The notes: generated from the letters alone by a model not told the origin. DNA of 64,000 nt from Octopus vulgaris (GCA_951406725.2 OX597836.1:18290001-18354000), one strand, 5' to 3'. Positions 29,514 through 44,505 are shown, counted from the stretch's first letter. A program made the numbers and translations.

Positions 29514-29841
29514 CAACTCAAGGATATCATATCCTTATTAGGGATTAATAAATCCAAAATTTCACTGGTTTAATCTGTTACATTAGAAAAATTTCCACGA
29601 TGTGTTATGGAATTTAACTAAAACAAAATATCCCTGAAGTGTTCCTGCCCCATACAAAGCATTTAAGCCAAATGCTTTGAATTATGCATTACCAAGGAGC
29701 CAGACTCGAAACCTTTTTTGAGTTTCTACTGTGTTTTTTAAAAATTTATTTGTATTTATATCTTAATAAATTATGATGCAAATGAATTAACTATTCATCT
29801 TCAACTTTCCATTTTCTTACATTATTAATTTTATCTATATA

Positions 29842-30353
29842 GTAGCAGTATCGCCCGGCGTTGCTCGGATTTGTAAGGGAAATAACTATATAAGCATTTT
29901 TAGAGAGTTACTTCCCTTATAGATGCCAATTCGGGCTTTCTTAGCCATTTCTGTTTTGGTGTCTTCAAGCCATGAAGTCGTTGTTCTAAAAGAACGCTGG
30001 TCTCCTTGACAACGCTTTACGACGTTGATTTCCTTACACTCCCTTCCCCACAGCTTCACGAGGGAGGGAAGAAGGGGAGAAGCAAACAGGTGCAGGTGTG
30101 ACCATGGACGCCAATTCCGCCGCCATCGACACACGAAAAATTATGCATTAAAATGGAATAAAAAATAATGTTAAATTATTTTTTAAATCGTAGACTTATC
30201 GTAGACGCGCGCTAATAGCCAGACGGGTTCGATATGAATCACGACTAAAAGATACCCGAATTTGGTTAAACTGCACCGCAAAATGTGGGAGTAGTTAGGA
30301 ATCTAAATCGTAGGAGATAGACACTCACACAACTACAGTTTTATATATATAGA
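29842..30353 (-). mobile_element. Non-autonomous Helitron, copy 1
   Basis: Minus strand begins TCTATATATATAAAA and ends with the hairpin CCGAGCAACGCCGG plus CTAC (mutated CTAG); no TSD. Confidence 0.75.
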
Positions 30354-30359
30354 TATATA

Positions 30360-30755
30360 CTAGCAGTATCGCCCGGCGTTGCTCGGGTGTGTAAGGGAAA
30401 TAACTATATAAGCATTTTTAGAGATGTAAAGTATAATAGCCATCTCAATATGGCTAACCACAAAGGGGGGTGTTACTGTAGCTTTTTACGTTCTGAGATT
30501 TAATAATAAATTTTTAGAGAGTTACTTCCCTTATATATACCAAAAATGCATTAAAAATGGGAAAAATATGATGATAATTTTTTTTTAAATCGTAGACTCA
30601 TCGTAGACGCGCGCTAATACCCAGAAGGGCTCGATATGAATCACGATTATAAGATACCCGGTTTTGGTTAAACTGCACCGCAAAATGTGGGAGTAGTTAG
30701 GAATCTAAATCGTAGGAGACAGACACTCACACAATTTCACTTTTATATATAAAGA
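30360..30755 (-). mobile_element. Non-autonomous Helitron, copy 2
   Basis: 5' TCTTTATATATAAAA, 3' hairpin CCCGAGCAACGCCGGG plus CTAG, inserted between A and T. Confidence 0.8.
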
Positions 30756-31145
30756 TATATAAAACTAATAATATAAACATCCTTGTAAATGTATAACTGT
30801 AAACAAAGAATCTTACGTACGTACAAAACCTATTATTACTGTATTACACGATATAGCATACTGTATACAAAATCCAACACGAACCCATAAACATTATAGC
30901 GAAAAAAAGCACAGAAAATTGAATGTATATATACAAGCAAATAAGAGAGTTGCAACTCAACAGGAATATCGTGTGGAATAAAGCAGAGAGACGGGTTTTT
31001 ATTATTATTTTTCAATGAACGACGGAGGAAGAAACAATATGATTGACAATAAAAGATGGAGTTCTTTGCAGAGACAGGAGAGGAGAATCTGGAGATAAGT
31101 GAATGTTCCAAATAAAAATAAATAAATAAATAAAAATAAAATAAA

Positions 31146-31560
31146 GCGTAGGAGTGGCTGTGTGGTAAGTAGCTTGCTTACCAACCACATGGTTCCGGGT
31201 TCATTCCCACTGCGTGGTACCTTGGGCAAGTATTTACTACTATAGCCTCGGGCCGACCAAAGCCTTGTGAGTGGATTTGATAGACGGAAACTGGAAGAAG
31301 CCCGTCGTATATATGTATATATATATATGTATGTGTGTATATGTTTGTGTGTCTGTGTTTGTCCCCCCTCCACTATTGCTTGACAACCGATGGTGCTGTG
31401 TTTACGTCCCCATAACTTAGCGGTTCAGCAAAAGAGACTGATAGAATAAGTACTAGGCTTGCGAAGAATAAGTCCTGGGGGTCGATTTACTCGACTAAAA
31501 GGCGCTGCTCCAGCATGGCCGCAGTCAAATGATTGAAAGAAGTAAAAGAGTAAAAGAGTT
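31146..31560 (+). mobile_element. SINE-A, full length
   Basis: Matches 24574-24989. Confidence 0.92.
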
Positions 31561-31905
31561 AAAAAAGAGTAAGAAAGAAAAAGATTGTAGATATTGTGTG
31601 TCTAACTTTTCAAGGCACGGTCTTTCGTCACCAGTATTTGTGTAAATGTCACGAAAAGTCAACTCGTTGAATATAAGAAATAAACGTTATTTCAAATACG
31701 AAAGACAAAAAAAATAGAAAGATTCTTACAACTACAGATAGAAAAAAATGCACAGACAAACATGCACACATACACGTTATTGTCGCAATGCATATATAAT
31801 TATGTATATATGCATCTGTGTGTGTGCATGCGTATGTATTTATATGTAAATATATATGTAAATATATATATATGTATTTATATGTATATATATATATATA
31901 TGTAA

Positions 31906-31948
<43 letters not shown>

Positions 31949-32269
31949 AACATATGCACATATACACAACTCTATGCATGCATGTGTGCATGTATGTGTG
32001 AGCGGGTGTGTGTATGTGTGTCAATTAGTTGAGGAGGAGGAGGAGGAGGAGGAGGAGGAGGAGGAGAAGGTATGGATAGTGTAGTGGTGGGAGGTAGAAT
32101 CATGTACACGTGATTGGCAGTGAAGTTGAAACAACTGGGGGAAGAGGTGAAGATGACAATGCTATGGTTGGAGGAGGATTTAGTATGGTGGTGGGATGCG
32201 TAGGTGTCGAAGGAGCTGCGTGTAGTGAGGAGAAGACGACGATGAGAAGCGGAAGAAAGAATAAAAGAC

Positions 32270-32390
32270 AAGGGGAAGACAAGAAGAAGAGGAAGAAGAG
32301 GAAGATGAAGGAGAAGAAGAAGAAGAGGAGGAAGAAGAAGGGGAAGAGGAAGGAGAGGAAGAGGAAGAGGAAGAGGAAGAAGAAGAAAAA

Positions 32391-32425
<35 letters not shown>

Positions 32426-32544
32426 AGAAGAAGAAGAGGAAGAGGAAGAAGAAGAAGAAGAAGAAGAAGAAGAAGGGGAAGAGGAAGAGGGGAAGAAGAA
32501 GAAGAAGAAGAAGAAGAAGGGGAAGAAGAAGGGGAAGAGGAAGG

Positions 32545-32595
<51 letters not shown>

Positions 32596-32682
32596 AGAAG
32601 AAGGGGAAGAAGAAGGGGAAGAGGAAGAGGGGAAGAAGAAGAAGAAGAAGAAGAAGAAGAAGAAGAAGAAGAAGAAGAAGAA

Positions 32683-32714
<32 letters not shown>

Positions 32715-32803
32715 AGAGAAGAAGAAGAAGAAGAAGAAGAAGAAGAAGAAGAAGAAGAAGAAGAAGAAGAAGAAGAAGAAGAAGAAGAAGAAGAAGAGAA
32801 GAG
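32270..32803. repeat. (GAA)n/(GAG) polypurine tract
   Basis: About 520 bp made almost entirely of purines. Confidence 0.95.
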
Positions 32804-32924
32804 AAATGGCGTTGAGATTTGTGAAGAGTGACGTCAAGAATTCTCGCTGAGTCCGTTTTGCATGCAATACATTGACAGTTCTTTTGTAAGAATAACAATT
32901 CCATCGTCTCTGAATAAATTGGTG

Positions 32925-33245
32925 TCTAATTTTAGCACAAGGCCTGCAATTTATAAGGGGAGGGGAATTTGATTACATCGATGCCAAAATTCAGGTAGTA
33001 ATTCATTTATCTACCCCCGAAAACATGAAAGACAAAAAGTCAACGTCTGCGGAATTTTAACTCAAGACGTTATGAACCGAAAAAGATGCCGCCAAATATT
33101 ATGTCCGAGGTGTTAACAATTCTGCTAGTAAACAGCATTTGTGTCTACAAATATTGATTTCAAGTTTTGACACAAGCCCAATAATTTCGGGAGAAGAGGC
33201 CAGTCAATTGCATCGACCGCAGTACTTAACTGATATTTCCTTTAT
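32925..33245 (-). mobile_element. Old SINE-B copies, degenerate
   Basis: Reverse-complement similarity to the old-tail B copy at 48388-48605. Confidence 0.6.
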
Positions 33246-33246
33246 C

Positions 33247-33475
33247 GGCGAGCTGGCAGAAACGTTAGCACGAAATACCGAAATGCTTAGCGGTATTTCG
33301 TCTGCCGTTACGTTCTGAGTTCAAATTCCGCCGAGGTAAACTTTGCCTTTCATCCTTTCGGGGTCGATAAATTAAGTACCAGTTACACACTGGGGTCGAT
33401 GTAATCGACTTAATCTGTTTGTCTGTCCTTGTTTTTCCCCTCTGTGTTTAGCCCCTTGTGGGTAGTAAAGAAACA
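33247..33475 (+). mobile_element. SINE-B, young copy nested in an old antisense B copy
   Basis: 16-bp TSD GATATTTC(C/T)TTTATCG at 33232-33247 and 33476-33491. Confidence 0.9.
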
Positions 33476-33523
33476 GATATTTCTTTTATCGACCCCGTTG
33501 GATGAAAGGCGAAGTCATTACCA

Positions 33524-33830
33524 ATGAGGTTCGATATTTCGAGGGGCATTCAGCGTGATCTTGGATGCGGAAGGTTCGAATGGACTCATGCGGGCAACGT
33601 CACTGTAATAGTGTCGGACATCTCGGAAATTGAGGGGATCGGCTCTACCTTAAACGGGTACGAAACAGTGACAGAAGCAAAAATTAATCAGGAAAAACTG
33701 GTGGGTCTGCAGCTCGACACCTGGAAAAGCAGGTTCATGCCAAACCACAGCATTGTAGGGCACTGGACGCAAGGACCGTTTAAATTGCTTGGGGTCTGAT
33801 TTAGCTCGGTCCTCCAGGTGGACAAGAACT
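33524..33830 (+). mobile_element. L1/Tx1-like reverse transcriptase fragment
   Basis: HAGNVTVIVSD (decayed YADDVTV) ... YETVTEAKINQEKLVGLQLDTW ... GPFKLLGV, fitting RT domains 5-7. Confidence 0.7.
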
Positions 33831-34061
33831 GGCCACTCCGTGGACACATACTCCAATGGTGCTCCCAGTAAACATACTTATATGAACGTAGCGTGTAAAA
33901 AATCCATTTATGACTATTTGTTGAAGTTAGTTATAAATGCATGCGATAATGTGTTACGATTTACATTTTATTAGATGTGTCATAGTTGGAGTAATAAGTA
34001 CTCTGTAGCTCACAGACTGTATGCCTTGTTATGGACAGAAGTTGGATTCACACACACACAC

Positions 34062-34609
<548 letters not shown>

Positions 34610-34897
34610 GCATATATATAAATATGGCGGAAAATCATATTCATGTTGTTTACTGCAAAAGGAGGAAATATTTAGGTATAAACAGATTAAACGTAGAAGT
34701 AACAGAAGATGGTGTTCTCATAAATAGCACTTAATGTCCGAAACGTGGTTGACGTACCTTTACGAACCACTTATAACGTATCAGTGAATAGAACGGAGCA
34801 AACATGATGCAAATACACAGGAGAAATACAAAATAAAATAACTGTAAACCTATATTCATATATACTCATGCATCTCATATACGTACACACTGATATG

Positions 34898-34930
<33 letters not shown>

Positions 34931-35594
34931 ATGTGTGTGTGCAATTATATATATATAATATATATAATAGCTACATACCTGCATACGTGTATTACATACA
35001 TGCACACATGCATGCATACATACATATAGATGCATACTTACATATATACATGCATACATACATACAATACATACATACACACGCACATACATACATACAC
35101 ACGCACATACACACACATACATACATACATACATACATGCATACGTGTGTACGTACATACATACATACATGCACACGCACATACAAACATACATACACAC
35201 ACACATACATACATACATACATACATACATACATACATACATACATACATACATACATACATACATACACACATACATACACACACACACACGCATACAC
35301 ACCGTCCTCCTAAAGGGAACGGCGTTCTCTGTGATGACGAGATTTGCGAGGAATTTAAAAACCAAGTCATAAACAAAGTCGTTTTGCCACATATCTTGTG
35401 ACAAGCCAACCGTAAGGAAATCGGTAAAAGAACGTGTTCCAGGGAATATTCCATCTTATTATATAATTCTTGTTCCAACGACAGAAATAGCAAACGAGGA
35501 GCTTTATAACCACAGAAATGATAAAAGATTGTTTATGCTATTGTTACGGCATCTTCCGTATTAGTTTAAGGTGAGCCTACCCTAATGTTGCTTT

Positions 35595-35601
35595 GATAAT
35601 G

Positions 35602-35694
<93 letters not shown>

Positions 35695-35721
35695 GTAATA
35701 ATAATAATAATGATGATGATG

Positions 35722-35795
<74 letters not shown>

Positions 35796-35924
35796 CGATT
35801 CTTCCAGTTCGCCTCTTTCACGATGGTGATAATAATAATAATAATATTAATAATAATGATAATAATAATAATAATGATAATAATAATAATAATAATAACA
35901 GTAATAATAATGGTAATAATATTA

Positions 35925-35987
<63 letters not shown>

Positions 35988-35988
35988 G

Positions 35989-36042
<54 letters not shown>

Positions 36043-36101
36043 CGATGACCATGATGATGATGATGACGACGATGATGATGATGATAATGATGATGTTGAT
36101 G

Positions 36102-36162
<61 letters not shown>
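35595..36162. repeat. (AAT)n/(GAT)n microsatellites
   Basis: Direct inspection. Confidence 0.95.
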
Positions 36163-36165
<3 letters not shown>

Positions 36166-36440
36166 TTTCTTTATTAACGACAAGAGTTTACTTGAAGAGA
36201 GACATGGATATCACATGACAAAACAAAAAAATGTATGTTTGTAAGTGTGTGAGGGTGTGTAGTTGTGTGGGGGTTTGCGTGTAAACAAGACTATCAAAAT
36301 TATATATATATATGTTAAAAAAATCAGCAATGTGTGATCCTCAATAGGGTGAAGACGGTCGAGGGCTGCTCATCGAAAAACCCCATGACTTTTGGGACAT
36401 GTGCATTTTTTCTCTCCTTTTTACCATATATATAATGTGT

Positions 36441-36511
<71 letters not shown>

Positions 36512-36651
36512 TATGTATATATACATATATATAATGTGTATACATATATATATATATATATAAATATATATGTATAAATATATATATAAATATATAATGT
36601 GTATACATATATCTATATATATATATATAAATATATATGTATATATACATA

Positions 36652-36705
<54 letters not shown>

Positions 36706-37019
36706 AAATGTATATATTTTTATATATGTGTGTAGATATATATATGTATGTGTGTGTGTGTAGACATGTATATATAATGCGTATATATGTACATATTTAA
36801 TGCGTATGTATATATAATGTGTGTATATGTGATCGGATTCAGATGAAAATATGCACACCTATGTTAAAAATGCTACCGAGTTTGCATGGCAACTTTGAGT
36901 TAACTCAATTGAAAGGCATCGCCTCTAGGGCAAAATTCCTCATCGTTTAAAATGTGCCGAAACAAGTAAAATAATAATAAACTATTTTAATCCCGAGCAA
37001 GCCCAGTATATCTGTCTAA

Positions 37020-37477
37020 TCTATAAAATGAAGTAGGCGAACGTTGATACAAATTGGATTTTTATGTAAAAAGGGGGTCTACACGGGACTGGAAGGAGAA
37101 TAAAATTCACAGGAGTGGGTAACTTGAGGTGGGAAATCGATTGGGAGACGTTTTGGGGCACTACAGTGGTTGCTTTGGTGTGAAAACTGGGATTTTATTT
37201 ATTTTAGGGGACACCTTTTGCCAGATTTCAATCAAATTTTCAACATGTCAAAGTGGAAGCGGATTTGTAATTTAAACGCGGAAATCTACTTTGTTATAAA
37301 TGGCAGAGAGATAGAAAGAGTAAGAGAAAGCGAGGGAGAGTCAGAGAGAAAGGAAGAGTAGCAGAATGGGAAGTGAGAAACAAAGAGGGGGAATGTGGCG
37401 ATAAGAAACAGAAAGGAAGTAACAGAAAGTAACAACCATAACCTCACCCGCGCGTAGTGCGGGTCACCTTATGCTAG
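37020..37477 (+). mobile_element. Probable non-autonomous Helitron, second family
   Basis: A|TCTATAAAA start; hairpin ACCCGC-GCGTAGT-GCGGGT (37446-37464) followed 9 nt later by CTAG|T. Confidence 0.65.
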
Positions 37478-38137
37478 TCTATCAATAATAAAACGAATAC
37501 AGAATTCCGTTTATGTACCCTGCCATGGCTGTCCATGCAGATTACAAACGTATTACCCATCCGGTTGACAAGTTTAAATAGTGGAAATCCTACGCTGAAC
37601 TTATCTACTGACCTAACAAAGTCCTATTATCGAAATAGGATCTGTTGCTGTTTGTCGAAGCTTACACTGATACTTCGATTCTTCGACGAAATCCACCGAT
37701 ACTGTAGAATTTGATCACAGAAGTTGTAGCAAATGTAACAGCTCGATCAATCAACCTTCTTGATTTTCGTGTATTGAACCGTCAAGTGCTTGTGAGTGGA
37801 AATTGGTAAAGACTGTGTAAATATATAAAATTGTTTTCTTGCGAACATATTAGGAAAGAACTGAACATGAGACGGATATCATTAGCTAATCTTTTGGGCG
37901 GTGTCGGGTTCGGAGAACCGAGAATTATTTAGAATACGTTTGCGTCTTCATAGAATTAAGAAATCTACAGAATGTCTGCAAGAGAAGATTATTTCGTCGC
38001 TAATATGATTGCTGTTGATTCTTTATTGATACTGGCACCATACAGATGTCTTAAAACGTGTTACAATATTTGAAGACTTGCACATGTTTTAAGTACACAC
38101 ACACGCACACACATACACACACACACACACACATGTA

Positions 38138-38197
<60 letters not shown>

Positions 38198-38214
38198 TAT
38201 ACATACATACATGC

Positions 38215-38294
<80 letters not shown>

Positions 38295-38458
38295 ATGGCC
38301 TAGTGGTTAGGGCAGCGGACTCGCGGTCGTAGGATCGCGGTTTCGATTCCCAGACCGGGCGTTGTGAGTGTTTATTGAGCGAAAACACCTAAAAGCTCCA
38401 CGACGCTCCGGCAGGGGGTGGTGATCCCTGCTGTACTCCTTCACCACTCTTTCTCTCA
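38295..38458 (+). mobile_element. SINE-C 5' half
   Basis: Matches the C head; truncated into (CATA)n. Confidence 0.88.
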
Positions 38459-38730
38459 TACATACATACATACAAACATACATACATACATACATACATA
38501 CATACATACATACATACATACATACATACGTACATACATACATACATACATACATACATACATACATACATACATACATACATACATACATACAAGTATG
38601 CATACATACATGCATACACGTTATCAATCATCTCGGAGCTCTTGCGTTGTGGAAGCAGACTCTTGCCCAACGTGGCGCCGAATTGGATCGAACCTAGAAC
38701 TAGTTGTTTACGAAACGAACTTCAAATAAG

Positions 38731-38797
38731 TATATCTCCGTGTCTACACACATCCCAAATTATATAATTATATCTCCGTGTCTACACACATCCCAAA
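38731..38797. repeat. 29-bp direct repeat with a 9-bp spacer
   Basis: TATATCTCCGTGTCTACACACATCCCAAA occurs twice. Confidence 0.85.
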
Positions 38798-38859
38798 AGT
38801 TTTCATTTAATACGGCAAAGTTGAAGCTATGCGCCCGGAAATACTACTGTTGTTGTTGT

Positions 38860-38891
<32 letters not shown>

Positions 38892-39038
38892 TTGCTGTTG
38901 TTATTGTTGTTGTTTTTGCTGTCAATGACTTACGTCATCTGCTGTTATTTCTAATATCTTTTCTTATTCAATAAATTCATATCAAATGTAAAAGAAAAAT
39001 GGCTACCACAAACAGTGATAACGAGTATCTGACTATAA

Positions 39039-39248
39039 ATGGAAGCTGTTGTAACTAATAATACCAATAACAGTAATCATTTAAAGAATTCTTTAAAGAT
39101 AAAGAAAATATTGGAGGTTTGCAACAAAGGAGAAGCTATTATAGCATTTAGGCATCAATTTGGTGGTACTTCAACAAATTCTTTTAAAAGAATTTTCAAA
39201 GAATTTAATAAAGTCAAGATACTGAACATTCATTTAATCAACTCATAA
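39039..39248 (+). pseudogene. Possible pogo/Tigger (CENP-B-like) N-terminal HTH remnant
   Basis: LKIKKILEVCNKGEAIIAFRHQFGGTSTNSFKRIFKE loosely resembles an HTH_psq/CENP-B_N pattern; weak. Confidence 0.25.
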
Positions 39249-39444
39249 GCGTGGTGTGTCGCAATATTATGTTTTGTTCTTCTGAGAAGGGGAGAGAAAA
39301 GTCCGAGGTTACAGATGATATTTTAGCCGCACTAACAGACGTATATTGCGGGAATTAGTGGTTTCGGGATCAGTCCTGCGCTGTGGTAGATTGTACAAGA
39401 TTTTAGCAGCGTGATGCTCGGCTGACGAATGTCTTAGAATTTTA

Positions 39445-39852
39445 TTTTTCTTATGCTTGTTTCAGTCATTAGACTGCGGACATGCTGGGGCATCACCTTG
39501 AAGAACTTTTAGTCGAATGAATCTACCGCAGTACTGGTATTTATTCGATCGATTTCTTTTGTCGAACAGGTAAGTTACGAAGATGCGAATATATCAAAAC
39601 TTGTTGTCAAGCGCTGGCAGCTGGACAAGCACACACACACACACACACACACGCATATGTATGTGTATATATATGTGAGTGTATGTATATATGTAGAAGG
39701 ACTTCTTTCAGTTTCCCTCTACCAAATACACACACAACCATTTGGTTGGCCCAAGGCTATGGTAGAAAACACCTTCCCGAGGTGTCACGCCGTGGGACTG
39801 AACCCGGAACCATGTGGTTGGGAAGTAAGCTTCTAACCACACAGTCACGCCT
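39445..39852 (-). mobile_element. SINE-A, full length, diverged
   Basis: Reverse complement of the SINE-A head and tail. Confidence 0.85.
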
Positions 39853-40499
39853 ATATAGTGGACAGAAACAGTACGGAAACTCATTGTCTGTGTTTGCAGA
39901 CAAGTATATTTTGTATTCTAAATATAACTCAAAGACAAAAAAAAAGCAGAAGGAAAGAGGAGAAAAAGGAGGAAAAGGGAAAACAAAGAAGAGAAGAAAA
40001 GAGGGAGAGAGAAAGAAAGCAAAAAAGACTCAGTGATGACCACATCACTTTTTTTGAAGGGGTCACCATACTTAAACCCATTCTAATAATTGATAAATGA
40101 CTAAATAATTAAATGAATGGTGATTAGGAAGTGGGGTTCCCCCTTCTCCATATCCCTCTCTCTATCAATCTATCTAGCTATCTGTCTGATTATCTATCTA
40201 TCAACCTATCTACATACGTATATTTCTATCTATGTATCTCTATTGACATGGAACATCACCTCCAAACACAAAAACAATATTCTCCTCTTCTAACCCCCCA
40301 CCCTAAAAAGAAGCATCTGTTTTATATAAATGTATAAGCTGTTTGTACATTCAGAAAATTCTATTTGACAAGTTCCAGAAACGAACGCAAACGCTAATAA
40401 TAATAATAATGAAGAAAGAACAAAGATTTTTTTCTAAAATTCTGACAACCTTTCTCTCAAAGTACATATACACCTATATATATTTATATACAACTTATG

Positions 40500-40563
<64 letters not shown>

Positions 40564-40597
40564 GATACACATACATACACACACGTACACATACACT

Positions 40598-41835
40598 CTA
40601 CCGGTCATTTGCTACAACATATGTCCGTGTTTGGATTATCTCTGCACAAGGGCCACCCGGACTCTCGCCTTCGCCGTGAACAAGTTTAATCTTCTCCCTT
40701 CGTTCATTTGCTACCTCACTTCAACTGACTCCACCTCACACAGATTCCCACATACCACCCACATTCACATGCCCCTCTCCGCACACACCTGCATTCCGCC
40801 TACCTCATTACTCTCACCACACACATACACCACTACATAACTCATTACTCACTTCACACACCATTACACACACACACACACAAACAACTTTCCACCCCAC
40901 TGTTCAACTCATTACTCACTTCACACACCATTACACACACACCTACAAACACCTTCCCACTCCAGACAAACTCGCACCCAACACTTCTCAGCACCCGCAT
41001 CACACTCCATTATCCACATATCTACACACCATTTGTTCACACACCCTTCAAAAGCATGCACACATATACCCTATACGGGCATCCCTACACACTGTTCAAC
41101 TCAGCACATACACCACACACAATCCCACACCCACGCAAGCATATTATGCGTGAACATAGACAATATATATACACAGACGCAACACGCACAGACATAGGTA
41201 ACTTTCGCCCACATACATATACTATACACAGTCACACACATACATGCACACATGCACACACCACCTGAACAAGCACATATTAACTGCTATACACAAGTAT
41301 TTGCACTCGCGCGCACACAAATACACAAAGCGCACATCACTCTACACACAGAGGATAACTGCACACATACGTACATATGTCCATATGCACACCCTCATGC
41401 ATACCAGTACATGTAACGCATATCATTCCACATAATATACGCACTGGGACACTTACACACATATACACACAAATGTCAATGTATTTTTCAGCTCGCTCAC
41501 AAATACATACTCCTACACTCACCTCAATTCATACATACACACTCACACACACCATTCTAACAAACACACGCGCGTGAGAGAATAAATTCGTTCGGCCGGA
41601 TCACCGTAACTATCTCCCTCTCATTCAACCCTCTTCTGACTATTTAGTCATGTTGAAACGTGAGTCCCTAAATACTTGTTTACTCTCTGCTTTTTTTTTT
41701 TCATCCACTCTCCTTTTTTTTCCTCTTAATACTTTCTATCAAAGAGCGTGAGAGCTCGAAACGTAATTTTTCCCGAGCGGTAAACTAATACACATGCTTG
41801 CTGTTCTTACACCTGCCTTCGTCCATTGTTTTCTA
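40598..41835 (+). mobile_element. Penelope-like element 3' remnant
   Basis: MSVFGLSLHKGHPDSRLRREQ/LIFSLRSFA (40621-40715) resembles the PLE GIY-YIG C-terminus. It is followed by a CA-rich UTR and a hammerhead-like AAGAGCGTGAGAGCTCGAAACGTAA at ~41742-41766. Confidence 0.6.
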
Positions 41836-41865
41836 TAAATACATACATACATACATATATATATA

Positions 41866-43170
41866 TGCTCACCTTCTTCCTCTTGCGGCCCCTCTTTGAG
41901 GAGTCCTCCGCCTCCTCGGCCGCCTTCGTTTCCTCTTCTACAGAGGTCTCAACTTACTGCTCCAAGACCTTACTTTGTTACTGGGGACAATTTTTCTTTA
42001 TATGGCCAGGCTCCAGGCACCGATTACAACTGGGGGTGCGGGCGACCCTCAACAATCACCGGATACCTGCACCCGGCCATTTTTTTAAAATCTGGAAAAA
42101 CCAGATTGGCTGATGGGGTCAAAAGGGTCAAAACAGCTTTTGACCCAACCCAATCAGCCGCAGGAAAAACTTTCACATTAGGGAGCTTGGCTCTGCTTCC
42201 ACCCAGACCCCGGCGGATAGTCTCCTCTATCCACTCGGGTTTTATCCCGGGTGGAAATCCGCAGGCTCAAGCTCTCGTCCACCTTCTCCCACAATACGTG
42301 GGAAGAAACAAAATTTCCACGCCCTCCGAGGGCTGGCTCGTAAATTTGGGAGCCTCTTCAGGGGTGTCACATAGCAACAAACACCGTTGCGTATTTGACA
42401 CCCCTGGAAATGAATTTAATTGTTGGCAAATACTCTGTGAACTACTTTTCAATTACAGTCTTTTCGAATAAGACGATGGTGTCGAGTGACTTTCAACCAC
42501 TGTTTCAACCAATGTTTGGGTGATACAATCTCCCACTCTAAAACATTGTCTTCTTTTATTGCCATGTTTTGTTTAACTGTTCGAAAATAGTTCAAAATAA
42601 AACTTAAAAAGAGAGAAGAAAAAAATAAATCAAAAGAAAGTCACAATAAAATGGAAAAAAGAAAAGGAAAACAATTCACGAAAAAAGAAAGTCAAATAAA
42701 GTTTAGAAGAAAGAAAGTCAATAATTCAAAAACACAGCAAAAAGTCTCCCGGCCATTCGGTACTCCCGGCCGAGGTTGAACCCGGAACGCCACAACTGGA
42801 ACACAACTTCCACAAAAACTGGTATATAAATCGTTCAATCTTCGGAGGCAAACACTCCCCCAAAACAGCAATTCTCACAATTATTTTTTAAAATTCGCAA
42901 GTGAACAAATTCTCCTCCAAGCAACATTACTCACAATTAAATGAGGAAAAAAATTCGCTCCACTGCAGGTAGACCAGAATTTAGAATCCAGTAGGACTTC
43001 CTGCTTGTACAAAAAAAAATTGCCGCAAAACAAAAAAAATTCCCACTGGACCCAAAATACAAGAATCCTACCTTACAGTGGAGCTTGAAAATGTTTCAAT
43101 TCGAGACGGCTTCAAAAGCACGTCTCACCGCCTCGGGCCAAACACCAGGCTTACTCGCACATGCGCAGAA
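41866..43170 (-). mobile_element. L1/Tx1-like LINE 5' UTR plus degenerate ORF1 with CCHC zinc knuckle
   Basis: Minus strand reads FLPTYCGRR..GFPPGIKPEW, then VIVEGRP and CNRCLEPGHIKKNC (CX2CX4HX4C, 41987-42028), then a basic KRGRKRKK stretch. Confidence 0.75.
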
Positions 43171-43499
43171 GCAACCTTCTTGAGGAAGCAAGCTTCTTAC
43201 CACGCAACCACGTCTGCGATAAAAATATTTTTGTGTAAATGTAATAACATTGGAAAAGATTAAAATCAACGACGTAAAGCAAAACGAACGAATTTATCTG
43301 ACAACGTTAGGTTTTGAGTGTCTTTGTTGCGAGTACAAATAATGCGGTGGCGTCCGTTACGGGATTCGAAACATCAAGCCTCGACTCTCTACCGTGAAAC
43401 GACAGTAAAGTGTCATGATCATCGATAGATCAACACAACAGGAAATGACAAAATCAATCTAACTGAATAAATGATATTTTGTTAAACAAAAATAACCCG

Positions 43500-44505
43500 A
43501 CATCAGCAGCAGCATGAGCGGCACCACCACCACCACCAACACCACCATCTGTATCACCACCATCACCATCATTACCATCAGCAACAAAATTATCACAAAA
43601 TCTAATCCTCACCCTACCACCACTTACTGACCACCACCAACAACAACCACTGACATCAATATCAGCGAACACCACCACCACCATAACCATCAACAATACC
43701 AACATAAAAAGCAACGTAATTCCAACAATTATCACTCTAGCACCACGACCACCACAAAGGACAACAACAACAACAGCAACAGCAACAAAAAGATCAACAG
43801 TAAACACCATCAAAACCAACAGCACCACCCCCAATAGACCTTCTCGGCACGGCCTCCACCACGAGCAGGACACTTTTGAAACCAGTGTAACTCCCACCAT
43901 AACCATCACCACCACCATCACCACCACCGCCGCCGCCGCCACAACTACCACCGAGTCTTTCTTCAAAAGTAATACAACCATCACGATGATCACACCCTCA
44001 CCGCCACCTCCATCACCTCCACAACACTGATCAGAACTACTACAACCAACACAATTATCACCACCACCACCACCATCACCAATCAGGACTCTCAATGTGT
44101 TATAACCACGACGACCACCAAAACTGTCATTAGAACTACTACCTTCACCACCACCACCACCACCACCACCGCCGCCACCACCACCACCACCACCACCATC
44201 AGAACCGCTACCACATTTAGAAACAACCACAATACCAACACTACCATCACCACCCCCGCCGGCGCCACCACCACCGCCACTACCACCACCACCACCACCA
44301 TCAGAACCAATACCACATCCTCAAACAACCACAATACCAACACTATCAAGATCACCACCCCCTCCATCACAAATCTTATGACAGTCACCATGAAATGACG
44401 AAACACTTCATGATTCCCCACCGTAATCACAAGCACACCACCACCATCATGATCATTGCCATCGCCACTTATCGCCGCCGACGCCATCACTAGCACCACC
44501 CACCT
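43500..44505. repeat. Degenerate (ACC)/(CAA) low-complexity tract
   Basis: Direct inspection. Confidence 0.8.

Noticed and set aside
34698-34765. Hammerhead-like CAGAAGA...CCGAAACGT..ACGTA
   Set aside because: The core is mutated and stem I cannot be formed adjacent to the core.
43454-44499. Gly/Val-rich or mucin-like ORFs
   Set aside because: Degenerate ACC repeats with scattered stops on the plus strand and no splice or domain support.
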